Below, in pieces: positions 47,961-57,476 of a stretch of 58,550 nt of DNA. How positions within the stretch are numbered: the stretch's first letter is position 1; each line of letters begins with the position of its first letter. The notes below the pieces were generated by a model. That model saw only the letters and a program-made list of their open reading frames with translations. It was not told the DNA's origin and searched no databases. The position numbers and the translations under genes were made by a program. Source of the DNA: Gammaproteobacteria bacterium (GTDB taxonomy: Bacteria; Pseudomonadota; Gammaproteobacteria; GCA-001735895); the NCBI GenBank assembly GCA_050298595.1, contig JBNKUM010000026.1, positions 1 to 58,550 of the forward strand, given 5' to 3'.

Positions 47961-48441
47961 AGGGTGCATTCCATGTACCAAAATCAACATTGGAGAATGG
48001 CTGAACATGATGTTTGGATTAACTTGGTTGGACATGCTGAAATGTCATGGTGCGTAGAACGCACCCTACGGATAATGAATTATGGATGATTTTTAACTAT
48101 GTCTAAGTTACCAAACAATGCGCTGCCGATTTACAACGTAATGACTGGATGAGTGCATCAAAGCGCAAACGAAATGAATCGACACTTTGGCAACGACGTT
48201 TTTGGGGACATCAAATTCGCGATGATCGAGATTATGAAAAACATATCGATTACCTGCATTACAATCCGGTTAAACATGGCCTGGTAAAAAACGTGAAGGA
48301 TTGGCGGTATTCGACATATCATCGGTATCATCGTAATGGTGTATACGATGAAAACTGGGGCGCTGATGAAGTCCTGGTTATGGATGAGGTATTTAGTGAA
48401 TAAATGAGATGAGTGCAATGGGCGCGTAAAACGCACTCTAC
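47961..48441. repeat. GTAG-family REP copies flanking the RAYT remnant
   Basis: agggtgcattccatgtacca (47961-47980), ggtgcgtagaacgcaccctac (48049-48069) and ggcgcgtaaaacgcactctac (48421-48441): short palindromes ending in CTAC/GTAG. Confidence 0.65.
48149..48403 (+). pseudogene. Truncated REP-associated tyrosine transposase (RAYT), C-terminal half only
   Basis: LWQRRFWGHQIRDDRDYEKHIDYLHYNPVKHGLV..DWRYST; the N-terminal HUH (PDHLH) region is absent. Confidence 0.85.
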
Positions 48442-48451
48442 AGGAAAAATC

Positions 48452-48649
48452 ATGCCTGCAAACAATGACGACCCGCAATCAGCCTATACCGTGCATGAAC
48501 ACGATGGTCGCTATGAAGTATGTGCCGCTTCGGGTCGAGTCATTATGGTTTGTAACGATGAGAGTAGCGCTGCTCACTATGCGTCTTTATTGAATGAAGC
48601 GCACAAAGCAGGTTATAAAATGGGGTATAGGGATGGCCAGAACAGATAG
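48452..48649 (+). CDS. Small hypothetical protein
   Basis: ORF MPANNDDPQSAYTV..GYKMGYRDG with AGGA upstream; no family recognised. Confidence 0.5.
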   Translation: MPANNDDPQSAYTVHEHDGRYEVCAASGRVIMVCNDESSAAHYASLLNEAHKAGYKMGYRDGQNR

Positions 48650-48705
48650 CGCGGGCTAGAGTTTTGGGGGAGGTCAGGTGTTGAGAATGGTGAAAATTAA
48701 GGTTT

Positions 48706-48993
48706 TTAACCCTTGCCAGGCTCAAACTTTAAACAAAACAGGTCGTCAGAGGAGTAAATGTAATAACCATCAGCTGCACCATCGCCATCGATTATAACCG
48801 CTTTGGTATTGCCAGACATTGCGCCCGCCTTAGCCTTAACACCCATGCCAGCTTCGGGTACCTTGTGTTCTCGTACGTATTTTTTCCAGCGGACTTTGTC
48901 GGCGATATCTATCTTGGTTTTAGAATCTGCCGCATGCTGAAGCATTTTTAAAAAATCATGATACTCAATTTCGATGATGCGCGGTTGAATCAT
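48706..48993 (-). CDS. Hypothetical protein (95 aa)
   Basis: ORF with AAGGGA upstream and natural-looking composition; no family recognised. Confidence 0.6.
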   Translation of the reverse strand: MIQPRIIEIEYHDFLKMLQHAADSKTKIDIADKVRWKKYVREHKVPEAGMGVKAKAGAMSGNTKAVIIDGDGAADGYYIYSSDDLFCLKFEPGKG

Positions 48994-49331
48994 AATAATC
49001 CCTTAGCCAATTATTTAAAACACAAGTTATTGTAAGAAAATGAAGAGCTTATACCAATTTCATCAGGAAATCATTGATTTACACGCACTTTATTATCTGA
49101 TTTTATAACTTAAACAGGTGAATGATATATCCGCTTTAATGGGGTCATATTAAGCTTTGATATTTACAGTCTCTGTTATAGACTTAGGGTCGAGTCCGGG
49201 ATATATGTAGAGGCTATGGATGCCACATGAAGGGATTGCGCAAAGTGGCAGGAGCGAATGTTTCTTTGCGTTCGCAAACACTTTCTATGAAATGATTTTC
49301 AGGAGTGGACCAAAGGTAATGAAGGATTACT

Positions 49332-51620
49332 ATGCCTAAACTGGAAGCAACACAAGCGAACCGATCGATTGTGGTGACATCCCCACTGGGTGAGGATGTA
49401 TTGCTATTCCACAGCATGAACGTCAACGAGAAATTAGGGCGTTTGTTTCAGTTTGACCTGGATTTACTCAGTAACGACCCCGAGATCAAGCTGCAGGATA
49501 TTCTTGCGCAAAACGTTACCGTACGTTATTTACGTCCTGATGGCGAATACCGCTATTTCAATGGTTTTGTAAATCAGTTTAGCCAGGCTGGTACACACGG
49601 TAACTTATTTGTCTATCGGGCTACACTACGGCCCTGGTTCTGGTTTCTCACGCGCACTGCAGACTGCCGCATTTTTCAGAATAAAACCGTTCCTGACATC
49701 ATCAAAGAGGTATTTCGCGATAAAGGCTTCAGTGATTTTGAAGATGCCTTAAGCGGCAGCTACCGCGAGTGGGAAAATTGTGTTCAATATAGAGAAACGG
49801 ATTTTAATTTTGTCAGCCGACTGATGGAACAGGAAGGCATGTACTACTTTTTCAAACACGAAGACGGTAAACATACGCTGGTATTATCGGATTCTACAAG
49901 CGCGCATGAAACCGTGCCAGGTTATGAAGAAGTACCGTATTATCCGCCGGAAGAGAGCGAACGGCGTGAGCGCGATCATATTTCCGACTGGTCGTTAAAT
50001 CAAAGCATTCAGCCGGGTGTTTATGCACTCAATGATTTTGATTTTAAAAAACCAAAAGCTAATCTCGAAGTTAAATCATCTAACCCCCGTGAACATGACA
50101 AGGCTGATTTTGAAATCTATGACTATCCCGGCGAATACCGTGAGAGTAGCGAGGGTGATGCATATGTACGTGCACGTTTAGAAGAGTTGCAGGCCCAGTA
50201 TGAAGAAGTGCAGGGGCAGGGTAATGTTGCTGGGCTGAGTGCGGGGTGTTTATTCAAACTTACCAATTATCCACGTGAAGACCAGAATCGGGAATACCTG
50301 GTGACCGCCGCCAATTACAATCTGGGGCCACAGGAATACGAGTCGGCTTTTAGCGGTGGTAGTGGATCAAATTTTTCCTGCGGTATAACTGCTATCGATA
50401 AACAACAGGCATACCGCGCGCTGCGCATTACACCAAAACCAATCGTGCAGGGTCCACAAACCGCCATTGTGGTTGGTAAAGCGGGTGAAGAAATCTGGAC
50501 CGATAAATATGGCCGTGTCAAAGTGCAGTTTCACTGGGATCGTTACGGTGAAGAGAATGAAAACAGCTCATGCTGGGTACGCGTTTCCCAGCCATGGGCT
50601 GGTAAAAACTGGGGTGCAGTGGCCATACCTCGCATTGGTCAGGAGGTGATCGTCTCGTTTAGAGAAGGCGATCCTGACAATCCCATTATTACTGGCCGCG
50701 TATATAACGATGACAACATGCCTCCTTATGAATTACCTGCGAATGCAACACAATCAGGCGTTAAAACCAGAAGTTCTAAAGGAGGTGGTCCCGACAATTT
50801 CAATGAAGTACGTTTCGAAGATAAAAAAGGCAGTGAAGAAGTTTATATCCATGCCGAAAAAGACCAGAACAATGTCGTAGAAAATAATGAAACTACGTCA
50901 GTCGGCAATGATCGCTCAGAAACCGTAGGAAATGACGAAACCATTTCTATAGGCAACAATCGAACCGAAGACGTTGGTAACGACGAGTCCATAACAATTG
51001 GTAACGACCAAACGATATCAATTGGCAACAATCGAACCGAGACCGTCGGTACTGATGAAACTATTAGCATTGGCAGTAATCGCACTGAATCTGTAGGCGC
51101 CGATGAGACAGTGACCATCGGCAGTAATCGATCCGTCACTATCGGCAGTAGCAAAACCGAAACCATCAGCATCAACAAAGCTGAAACCATCGGCGTCGCA
51201 AAAGAGCTAACCATCGGTGGTGCTTACCAGGTCACTGTCGGTGCGGCGATGAACGAAACCGTAGGTGGCTTAAAAGCTGAAGAAATAGGTGCAGTAAAAT
51301 CGGTTAACGTGGGTGCAAATAGTAGTGAGAATGTAGGTGGCAATAAATCAGTCGATGCCGGTGGCAATATAGCGGAAAGTGCGGGCAAGGATGTGAGCAT
51401 TTCTTCGGGTAAGAAGATGTCACTCACTGCCGGTGATGATTTTGCGATCAAAGGTAGCAAGAAAGGAGTGATCGATATTGCCGATGAATTAAGCATCAAA
51501 TGTGGTAAGGCGACCATTGTGTTAAAAAAGAATGGCGACATTACCATCAATGGTAAAAAAATCACCATGAAAGGTTCAGGTGATGTCATTATAAAAGGGA
51601 AGAAGATTTTGCAAAATTAA
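49332..51620 (+). CDS. vgrG: T6SS spike VgrG with gp5-like C-terminal beta-helix repeats
   Basis: VQYRETDFNFVSRLMEQEG, GPQTAIVVG, GRVKVQFHWD, PRIGQEV, HAEKD; (I/V)GN(D/N)xTxx 8-residue repeats. Confidence 0.97.
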   Translation: MPKLEATQANRSIVVTSPLGEDVLLFHSMNVNEKLGRLFQFDLDLLSNDPEIKLQDILAQNVTVRYLRPDGEYRYFNGFVNQFSQAGTHGNLFVYRATLRPWFWFLTRTADCRIFQNKTVPDIIKEVFRDKGFSDFEDALSGSYREWENCVQYRETDFNFVSRLMEQEGMYYFFKHEDGKHTLVLSDSTSAHETVPGYEEVPYYPPEESERRERDHISDWSLNQSIQPGVYALNDFDFKKPKANLEVKSSNPREHDKADFEIYDYPGEYRESSEGDAYVRARLEELQAQYEEVQGQGNVAGLSAGCLFKLTNYPREDQNREYLVTAANYNLGPQEYESAFSGGSGSNFSCGITAIDKQQAYRALRITPKPIVQGPQTAIVVGKAGEEIWTDKYGRVKVQFHWDRYGEENENSSCWVRVSQPWAGKNWGAVAIPRIGQEVIVSFREGDPDNPIITGRVYNDDNMPPYELPANATQSGVKTRSSKGGGPDNFNEVRFEDKKGSEEVYIHAEKDQNNVVENNETTSVGNDRSETVGNDETISIGNNRTEDVGNDESITIGNDQTISIGNNRTETVGTDETISIGSNRTESVGADETVTIGSNRSVTIGSSKTETISINKAETIGVAKELTIGGAYQVTVGAAMNETVGGLKAEEIGAVKSVNVGANSSENVGGNKSVDAGGNIAESAGKDVSISSGKKMSLTAGDDFAIKGSKKGVIDIADELSIKCGKATIVLKKNGDITINGKKITMKGSGDVIIKGKKILQN

Positions 51621-51650
51621 CAGCTTCATTAAACTGTATCAGGCAAAACT

Positions 51651-52133
51651 ATGAAACTACAGAGTGAAAAAAAACCACCAATAAAAAAAGCGGCCAGAAA
51701 TAAAAAAATTGATAATGTAGTTATTGGTCTGTTACTAGGGATTAATGAGCTCGGTCAGCCCCTGGTAGCATACTCGGGTAATCCCGATGAAACGGCCAGG
51801 ATTGCTCGTAGTTCGGCTCAGTTGACAACAAAAGATACTGGTTGTGAAGTGGCTCTGCTGTTTGAAGGTGGTGACCCAAAACGTCCACTTGTCATCGGCA
51901 AAATCCAGCAAACCAGTAAAACCACCGGTCAAGATAAGGACGAGCCAGTAAATATTGCCGAACTTGATGGTGAATCTATCGTGTTATCCGCGAGACAAAA
52001 TATTACCCTGAAATGTGGCAAGGCAAGCATCACCTTAACCAAAGCTGGTAAGGTTCTGGTACGTGGTACCTATCTGCTCAATCGTTCCTCCGGCGTTAAT
52101 CGCATTAAGGGCGGTTCCGTGCAAATCAACTGA
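51651..52133 (+). CDS. DUF6484-like T6SS-associated protein
   Basis: VALLFEGGDPKRPLVIG and ITLKCGKASITLTKAGKV..SSGVNRIKGGSVQIN; position after vgrG. Confidence 0.75.
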   Translation: MKLQSEKKPPIKKAARNKKIDNVVIGLLLGINELGQPLVAYSGNPDETARIARSSAQLTTKDTGCEVALLFEGGDPKRPLVIGKIQQTSKTTGQDKDEPVNIAELDGESIVLSARQNITLKCGKASITLTKAGKVLVRGTYLLNRSSGVNRIKGGSVQIN

Positions 52134-52327
52134 ATCCGGACCATCTAAAAGGAAATGTTATGACCGATATCTGGAACATCATTGAGTCCTGGCTTAGCGA
52201 GATTTACAACCAGTCTCATCTTCGAGCCACTGTTAAACGAATGCTTGTTGGGTGGCTACGTCAATTGTATTTCCCGGTTAAATATCCTTTGTGTATGACC
52301 AGATTGAGCTACCAGGGCTAAGCGCGC

Positions 52328-53446
52328 ATGGAATTGCTCAACGCAACCAACATGATAGCTGGCTATACCATGGGTATGAAACCCAGCGGCCGTGAAATGC
52401 TGGTGGTTGCGGTCAAGGGTACCTTCAATATTCCCTCCAACCCCGGTGAGGAACCCAGGTTGGCGGAGCAACAAAGGCCGCTAATCGAGGCCGATACCTT
52501 CACCGGGGAACCCGGTTTTTCCGCGCCCGTTTACGAAGTCGACTATGCCCCGATTAAGCACCGCTGTGACGTGCTGTTCAACGGTTACGCCTATGCCCCG
52601 AAAGGAAAACCCGCGAGCAAGGTGCAGGTGGGTATCAAGCTGGCACAAATGACCAAGAGCTTCAATGTGCTGGGCAAGCGCCTTTGGGAAGCGGGTGTAA
52701 CCGGTATTGGCCCTGGCTATCCCGGACTGTTTGAGCGCATGCCCATTTCCTACGACAATGCCTATGGCGGTAACGACAATTTTCTTAAGGATGAATCCAG
52801 ACATAGCGCCTATATGCCTAACCCCGTGGGTAAAGGATATCATCGCGAGCTGGCCAATGATCTGGTTGACCAGACACCTATGCCCAATACAGAGGCATTG
52901 AAAGACCCTGTCACAAGACCCTATGCCAATTACCAGCCCATGTCGTTCGGTCCGCTAGGGCGAGGGTGGCAGGAGCGCCTGAAATACGCAGGCACCTATG
53001 ACGATGACTGGGTCGACAATACCTTTCCGTTTTTGCCTGCCGATTTTGATGAACGTTACTACCAGGCTGCACCGGCGGATCAGCAGATTGACTATCCTTG
53101 CGGAGGTGAAGAAATCATGCTGGTTAATCTATCACCTTCTGGACGTTGTCACTTCAGATTACCCACCCTTGAGGTGCCCGTTGTGTTTTTCAAAAAGAAA
53201 GGGGGTAGAGTTGAGACCACGGCAGTTATCGACACCATCGTGCTTGAACCGGAGAAGAATATATTCACGCTGACCTGGCGCGCTCAGATTGATTTGCGCA
53301 AAAATATCTTCGAAATCCCGCAGGTACTGGTCGGTAAGCAGTCACGTGCATGGTGGCGTGCGCGTGAACTGGGTAAGACATATTACCCTTCTCTATCAAG
53401 ATTAGTTAAATCCAAACAAGCGGAATCTTCGGAGGAAGATGCATGA
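52328..53446 (+). CDS. DUF2169 T6SS adaptor/chaperone
   Basis: LVVAVKGTF, DYAPIKHRCDV, NAYGG, NPVGKG, YAGTYDDDW..PFLPADFDERYYQAAPADQQ. Confidence 0.9.
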   Translation: MELLNATNMIAGYTMGMKPSGREMLVVAVKGTFNIPSNPGEEPRLAEQQRPLIEADTFTGEPGFSAPVYEVDYAPIKHRCDVLFNGYAYAPKGKPASKVQVGIKLAQMTKSFNVLGKRLWEAGVTGIGPGYPGLFERMPISYDNAYGGNDNFLKDESRHSAYMPNPVGKGYHRELANDLVDQTPMPNTEALKDPVTRPYANYQPMSFGPLGRGWQERLKYAGTYDDDWVDNTFPFLPADFDERYYQAAPADQQIDYPCGGEEIMLVNLSPSGRCHFRLPTLEVPVVFFKKKGGRVETTAVIDTIVLEPEKNIFTLTWRAQIDLRKNIFEIPQVLVGKQSRAWWRARELGKTYYPSLSRLVKSKQAESSEEDA

Positions 53447-54486
53447 ATGTCATGCCACTCGCAATCGGTAGCTATGGTCTGGTGACCGGCGTGGGACTGG
53501 ATGCTCCCTCAAGCTGTGCGGCGATTCGTTGTGCCATTGACAACTTTCAGGAAACCCGCTTTATGGATTCTGGCGGTGAATGGATACTAGCCAGTGAAGT
53601 ACCGCTGGAACAACCCTGGCGAGGCAAGACCAAGCTGATCAAGATGCTTGCAAGCGCCGTCAGAGAATGTCTGGCAGGCGATGCAAAGGTGAAGCCTGAG
53701 GCAACACCGCTGTTGCTTTGTTTAGCGGAACCAGATCGCGCCGGGCGGGTGATAGACGATGACGACCGGTTTTTCCACGAGTTGTGCGCAGAGCTGGAGG
53801 TTGAATTCCACGCAAAATCCCGTGTGATCCCGCAGGGGCACGTGAGTTTCGCTACGGCACTATTACGCGCTCGCAGTCTGATACAGGAAGGAGTGGCAGC
53901 GCAAGTACTGGTCGCAGGTGTCGATAGCTTACTGGTGGGGTCGACTCTGGCTCATTACGAAGAGCATGAAAGACTGCTGACCAGTCAGAACTCCAATGGA
54001 TTTATTCCGGGTGAGGCGGCGGGAGCAGTGCTGGTGCAAGCTTCTGGAAATAGCTCAAATTCACAGTTACTTTGTTTGGGTATAGGTTACGGCAACGAAC
54101 AATCCACGGTCTATGCCGAAGATATTCCCTTGCGTGGGGACGGAATGTCTCAGGCAATACGCAATGCGTTATCGGAAGCTGGTTGTGATATGGGAGCGAC
54201 AGACTTTCGTATAACCGATATCTCAGGTGAACAATATGCGTTTAAAGAAGCAGCGCTGGCACTTTTGCGTGTACTGAGGCAACGAAAAGTGTTTTACGAT
54301 CTCTGGCACCCCGCAGACTGTGTCGGTGAAGTCGGTGCAGCTATTGGCCCAGTAATATTGAGTGTACTGCTTGCGGCCATGCACAAAGGCTATAGCCCCG
54401 GTAATAATGTGCTCGCCCATTTTGCAAACGACGAGGGAAAACGTGCCGCTATGGTGCTGAGTTATCAAGCTGTGGGGGGTAACTGA
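53443..54486 (+). CDS. Thiolase-fold / beta-ketoacyl-synthase-like T6SS accessory (PRK06147-like)
   Basis: GLVTGVGL..SCAAIRC, AGVDS, GFIPGEAAGA and HPADCVGEVGAA; usual position between DUF2169 and DUF4150. Confidence 0.85.
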   Translation: MNVMPLAIGSYGLVTGVGLDAPSSCAAIRCAIDNFQETRFMDSGGEWILASEVPLEQPWRGKTKLIKMLASAVRECLAGDAKVKPEATPLLLCLAEPDRAGRVIDDDDRFFHELCAELEVEFHAKSRVIPQGHVSFATALLRARSLIQEGVAAQVLVAGVDSLLVGSTLAHYEEHERLLTSQNSNGFIPGEAAGAVLVQASGNSSNSQLLCLGIGYGNEQSTVYAEDIPLRGDGMSQAIRNALSEAGCDMGATDFRITDISGEQYAFKEAALALLRVLRQRKVFYDLWHPADCVGEVGAAIGPVILSVLLAAMHKGYSPGNNVLAHFANDEGKRAAMVLSYQAVGGN

Positions 54487-55469
54487 TGGCTAATGCGGTT
54501 TTTGCCAATGGTCGAGAAATTTCCTGCAAAGCTGCTGCAGGTAAAACCATTTGTGCCATGCCGGATGTTTGTTTTACGCCTCCAGAGAATCCCGCAACTC
54601 CACCAGGTGTGCCTGTTCCTTATCCAAATACGGGCATGGCTTCTGATACTACAGATGGTAGTAAAAAAGTAAAAATATCGGGTGAAGAAGTTGGCTTAAA
54701 AAACAAATCAAGTTTTAAGAAAAGCATGGGTGATGAAGCTGGGGCAGCGGCTAAGAAAGGCGTGATCACTAGTAAGAACAAGGGCAAGGTTTTTTTTGAG
54801 TCGTGGTCGATGGATGTAAAGATTGAGGGGAGGAATGCAGTACGTAGTATGGATATGACTACAAATAATCACGCAAGCACACCAGGTGACACACCACCAA
54901 TGGTTTATACTGATGGAGTGTCTCCTCCAAGTAGCGCTGAGGGGTGTGAAGCTGCTGCAAATAATGCAGACAAGGCTGACGATTTAGGCCCTAAAAAAGG
55001 TAAGATGAAAGACAAGGATGGAAATGAAATTGAGTATGATACTGTACCAGCCGGTGGCCAATTTGTTCCAGATGGAGGCTTTCCTGCCTTACCAGGCAGG
55101 TCTCAGTCTGGGCTCAATATGATGTCACATAGTAGTGTTCCAGCACGCGATTGCAGACAAGGCACTAAACGAGGTGGCATGTCTGGTGGACAAGGTGGTG
55201 GTGTAGCTTGTCCTGGTCAAAAATTTGCTGTACGAAAGGCAGGCCATGCTGAAGTAAAGATGATTGAGGATATTTTAGTTGGTCGAGTTCCTGGCAAGCT
55301 TACTAAAAATGCCTATAAACCCAAAGGAACTCTATATTTAACTGTAAAAAGAAAAGAAATATGTTGCAGTTGTCAGAAAGCCATTAAATGTGCAGAGGAG
55401 CAAGGCATTAGGTTTGTTTATTGTGATGACAATGAGGGCAAGAAAACTAGCAAAAAGGATTGCGAGTGA
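54486..55469 (+). CDS. DUF4150 (PAAR-like) protein with a C-terminal putative zinc-dependent deaminase toxin domain
   Basis: N-terminus PDVCFTPP..PVPYPN..GDEAG..SWSMDVKIEG..TTNNH; C-terminus GHAEVKMIE...TLYLTV..EICCSCQ (HxE...CxxC). Confidence 0.8.
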   Translation: MANAVFANGREISCKAAAGKTICAMPDVCFTPPENPATPPGVPVPYPNTGMASDTTDGSKKVKISGEEVGLKNKSSFKKSMGDEAGAAAKKGVITSKNKGKVFFESWSMDVKIEGRNAVRSMDMTTNNHASTPGDTPPMVYTDGVSPPSSAEGCEAAANNADKADDLGPKKGKMKDKDGNEIEYDTVPAGGQFVPDGGFPALPGRSQSGLNMMSHSSVPARDCRQGTKRGGMSGGQGGGVACPGQKFAVRKAGHAEVKMIEDILVGRVPGKLTKNAYKPKGTLYLTVKRKEICCSCQKAIKCAEEQGIRFVYCDDNEGKKTSKKDCE

Positions 55470-55497
55470 TAGATAAATAAAATCAGAAGGTATAATA

Positions 55498-56172
55498 ATG
55501 ATTCCATCTTATGTAAGTGCGAGTTTAACCGATAAAGATAAAATAAACCATGAATGGAGTGATTGGGATCCATATGAGCTTATTCCAGATGCGGATGCAG
55601 ACACTATAAAGGCTTTAAGTTCTGTATCTCTCTCTGGAATGCTAAGTTTTGTAATTGGGTGCTTAGAATGGGTAACTTATCGCTGCTCATATGATAATGA
55701 ATACACCTTACCTTTTGAGTATATCGAGGCATTTTGGGTTTATGTTGCAGGAATAGAAGATGCAATTCCTGAAGAAGTAACTGATGATGACAGATGGGAA
55801 GGGCCCTTAGATGGGCCAATTAATTTATTGATAGGAAAGTTTTATTCTACAATTCAAACATTCGAATTTGGTGGCTCGCCAGTAGAAGCAGCTTTTTCGG
55901 CCAAAGTAGCGTTGCATGTGTTGTATGACTCTGAGCCATTTTTATTATGGCAATCTGAAGTGTTAAAGAGGCTTAATAAATACTCTCCTAGCGACGGCTC
56001 AGAAGAAGACTTCAATCCAGTTGTGCAGCAAATATTAAATCAAGATCTGGATTACATGCCAGATCAAGTAAATGAGCGGGTTAAAGAAATGCTGATGAAG
56101 ATAGATTATAAGTCAAATAGGTTTTTAGCTGGTATTGGTGATCAGTTGTTAGAGTATGCAGCAAAATTATAA
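55498..56172 (+). CDS. Putative cognate immunity protein
   Basis: Acidic, helical-looking, AT-rich ORF directly after the toxin; no signal peptide. Confidence 0.65.
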   Translation: MIPSYVSASLTDKDKINHEWSDWDPYELIPDADADTIKALSSVSLSGMLSFVIGCLEWVTYRCSYDNEYTLPFEYIEAFWVYVAGIEDAIPEEVTDDDRWEGPLDGPINLLIGKFYSTIQTFEFGGSPVEAAFSAKVALHVLYDSEPFLLWQSEVLKRLNKYSPSDGSEEDFNPVVQQILNQDLDYMPDQVNERVKEMLMKIDYKSNRFLAGIGDQLLEYAAKL

Positions 56173-56340
56173 AATATAAAATAGGTGTTAGGAATCGAAG
56201 GGGGGATGGTAACTCTTAACGTATGATCTTAATAGTCCTTTTTTCAAAATAACTGGGGTCAGATACAGATTAATCGATACAATCTGACAGGAATAATTGG
56301 GGTCTGAGAAGAATGGCACTTACTTAAGACTTGATGCACT

Positions 56341-56475
56341 GTCATTACGAGGACGCCTGCATGGACGCAGGTGGTAGGGTAACGCAGGAGCAGTTACCGA
56401 GCTTGCGACGCGGTAATCTACTAAAAGTGGCGTCATGCCGTTGAGATTGCCACGTCGCGCACTCCTCGCAATGAC
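56341..56475. repeat. REPIN-like inverted repeat pair with a 47-bp nested insertion
   Basis: Left arm gtcattacgagga+gcttgcgacgcggtaatct (interrupted by 56354-56400) pairs with right arm agattgccacgtcgcgcactcctcgcaatgac. Confidence 0.65.
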
Positions 56476-56588
56476 GAATTCTTTTAGCTTTGAGCTTAAG
56501 TAAGCACCATTCGGGTCTGAGAATAAACACCCATCTTTTTCTTTTATTCGATTAACAGGATGCAGATTTTCTATTAGGAGGATTGGTA

Positions 56589-57476
56589 ATGCCATATTGG
56601 GGTGTGGACAGCAGCTGGTATCCGGTGTATGCAAATGTCCGCGTGCCGGACAATTTACGAAGGCCTGATGAGTCCGGTCATGTAGAAGAGTCTCTATTCG
56701 ATTATGTAACCCGTCGAGCGGGGCGTGCGCCTGAATTTTGGGGGCGCTACCTTAATGACAATCATCCTCAATCCCGTCTCAGACCCGATGAGCCACAGTA
56801 TCTTTTTGATCGCGATTGTCGACTTGCGCTTGTTTTTAACGGCATTCGCACTCAACCACCGGCGGCGGAGAGAAGCAGGCAGGCTGGTGTATCAGCTGCA
56901 GAGAGAGCCATTTTGCAGGCGAACCAGTACAATATTCAGTTTCCCTCACGAGTACGCATCTATCTTGATCTCGAAGGCTGGACTGTAACTCCCGACTTTC
57001 TGGAAGGCTGGTGGGCCGTGATGCACGCGTCTCAATATGCAGGTGCTGGTGGGCTTTACGGACGGGGTGCAGAAACTCGTCTACGTCATAGAAGCCGAAG
57101 CCATCTACGGGATCACAGTCATCGACCCTATAGCAGAGGTTGGTCCAGACAAGTTATAACAGCTGAGGACAGGATTGAGGAACAACAAATGGATAGTCTT
57201 CTCGATGACCTGGCATCTGGACGAAGCTCAGATGCTTACTCCATCTATATCTGGTCAAATACTCCTCGACGTTATGATCGAACCCGCGATACGCCATCGA
57301 ATGCTGAAATCATTCCGAGCACTTTCGGTGCAGTCGGACCTGTGGGTTCAATGCTGACACGAACTGTTATTTGGCAATACCGCTTCGGCGCATTCTGGGA
57401 GAGAGGGGCTGATGGTGGTACGGTTGATCTCGATCTTGCCCTTGATGCGGCTTACCAAAATATGTGGAGCGGCTGA
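56589..57476 (+). CDS. DUF1906 / GH25-like glycoside hydrolase (putative peptidoglycan hydrolase)
   Basis: WGVDS, FWGRYL, IYLDLE, IWQY and DLDLA motifs of the GH25-like barrel; RBS AGGAGG. Confidence 0.7.
   Translation: MPYWGVDSSWYPVYANVRVPDNLRRPDESGHVEESLFDYVTRRAGRAPEFWGRYLNDNHPQSRLRPDEPQYLFDRDCRLALVFNGIRTQPPAAERSRQAGVSAAERAILQANQYNIQFPSRVRIYLDLEGWTVTPDFLEGWWAVMHASQYAGAGGLYGRGAETRLRHRSRSHLRDHSHRPYSRGWSRQVITAEDRIEEQQMDSLLDDLASGRSSDAYSIYIWSNTPRRYDRTRDTPSNAEIIPSTFGAVGPVGSMLTRTVIWQYRFGAFWERGADGGTVDLDLALDAAYQNMWSG

Noticed and set aside
50843-51589. Repetitive minus-strand ORFs
   Set aside because: Antisense shadows of the VgrG beta-helix repeats.
53443-54486. Fatty-acid or polyketide biosynthesis gene
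   Set aside because: Context matches the known T6SS DUF2169/DUF4150 accessory; no ACP or other fab/pks genes nearby.
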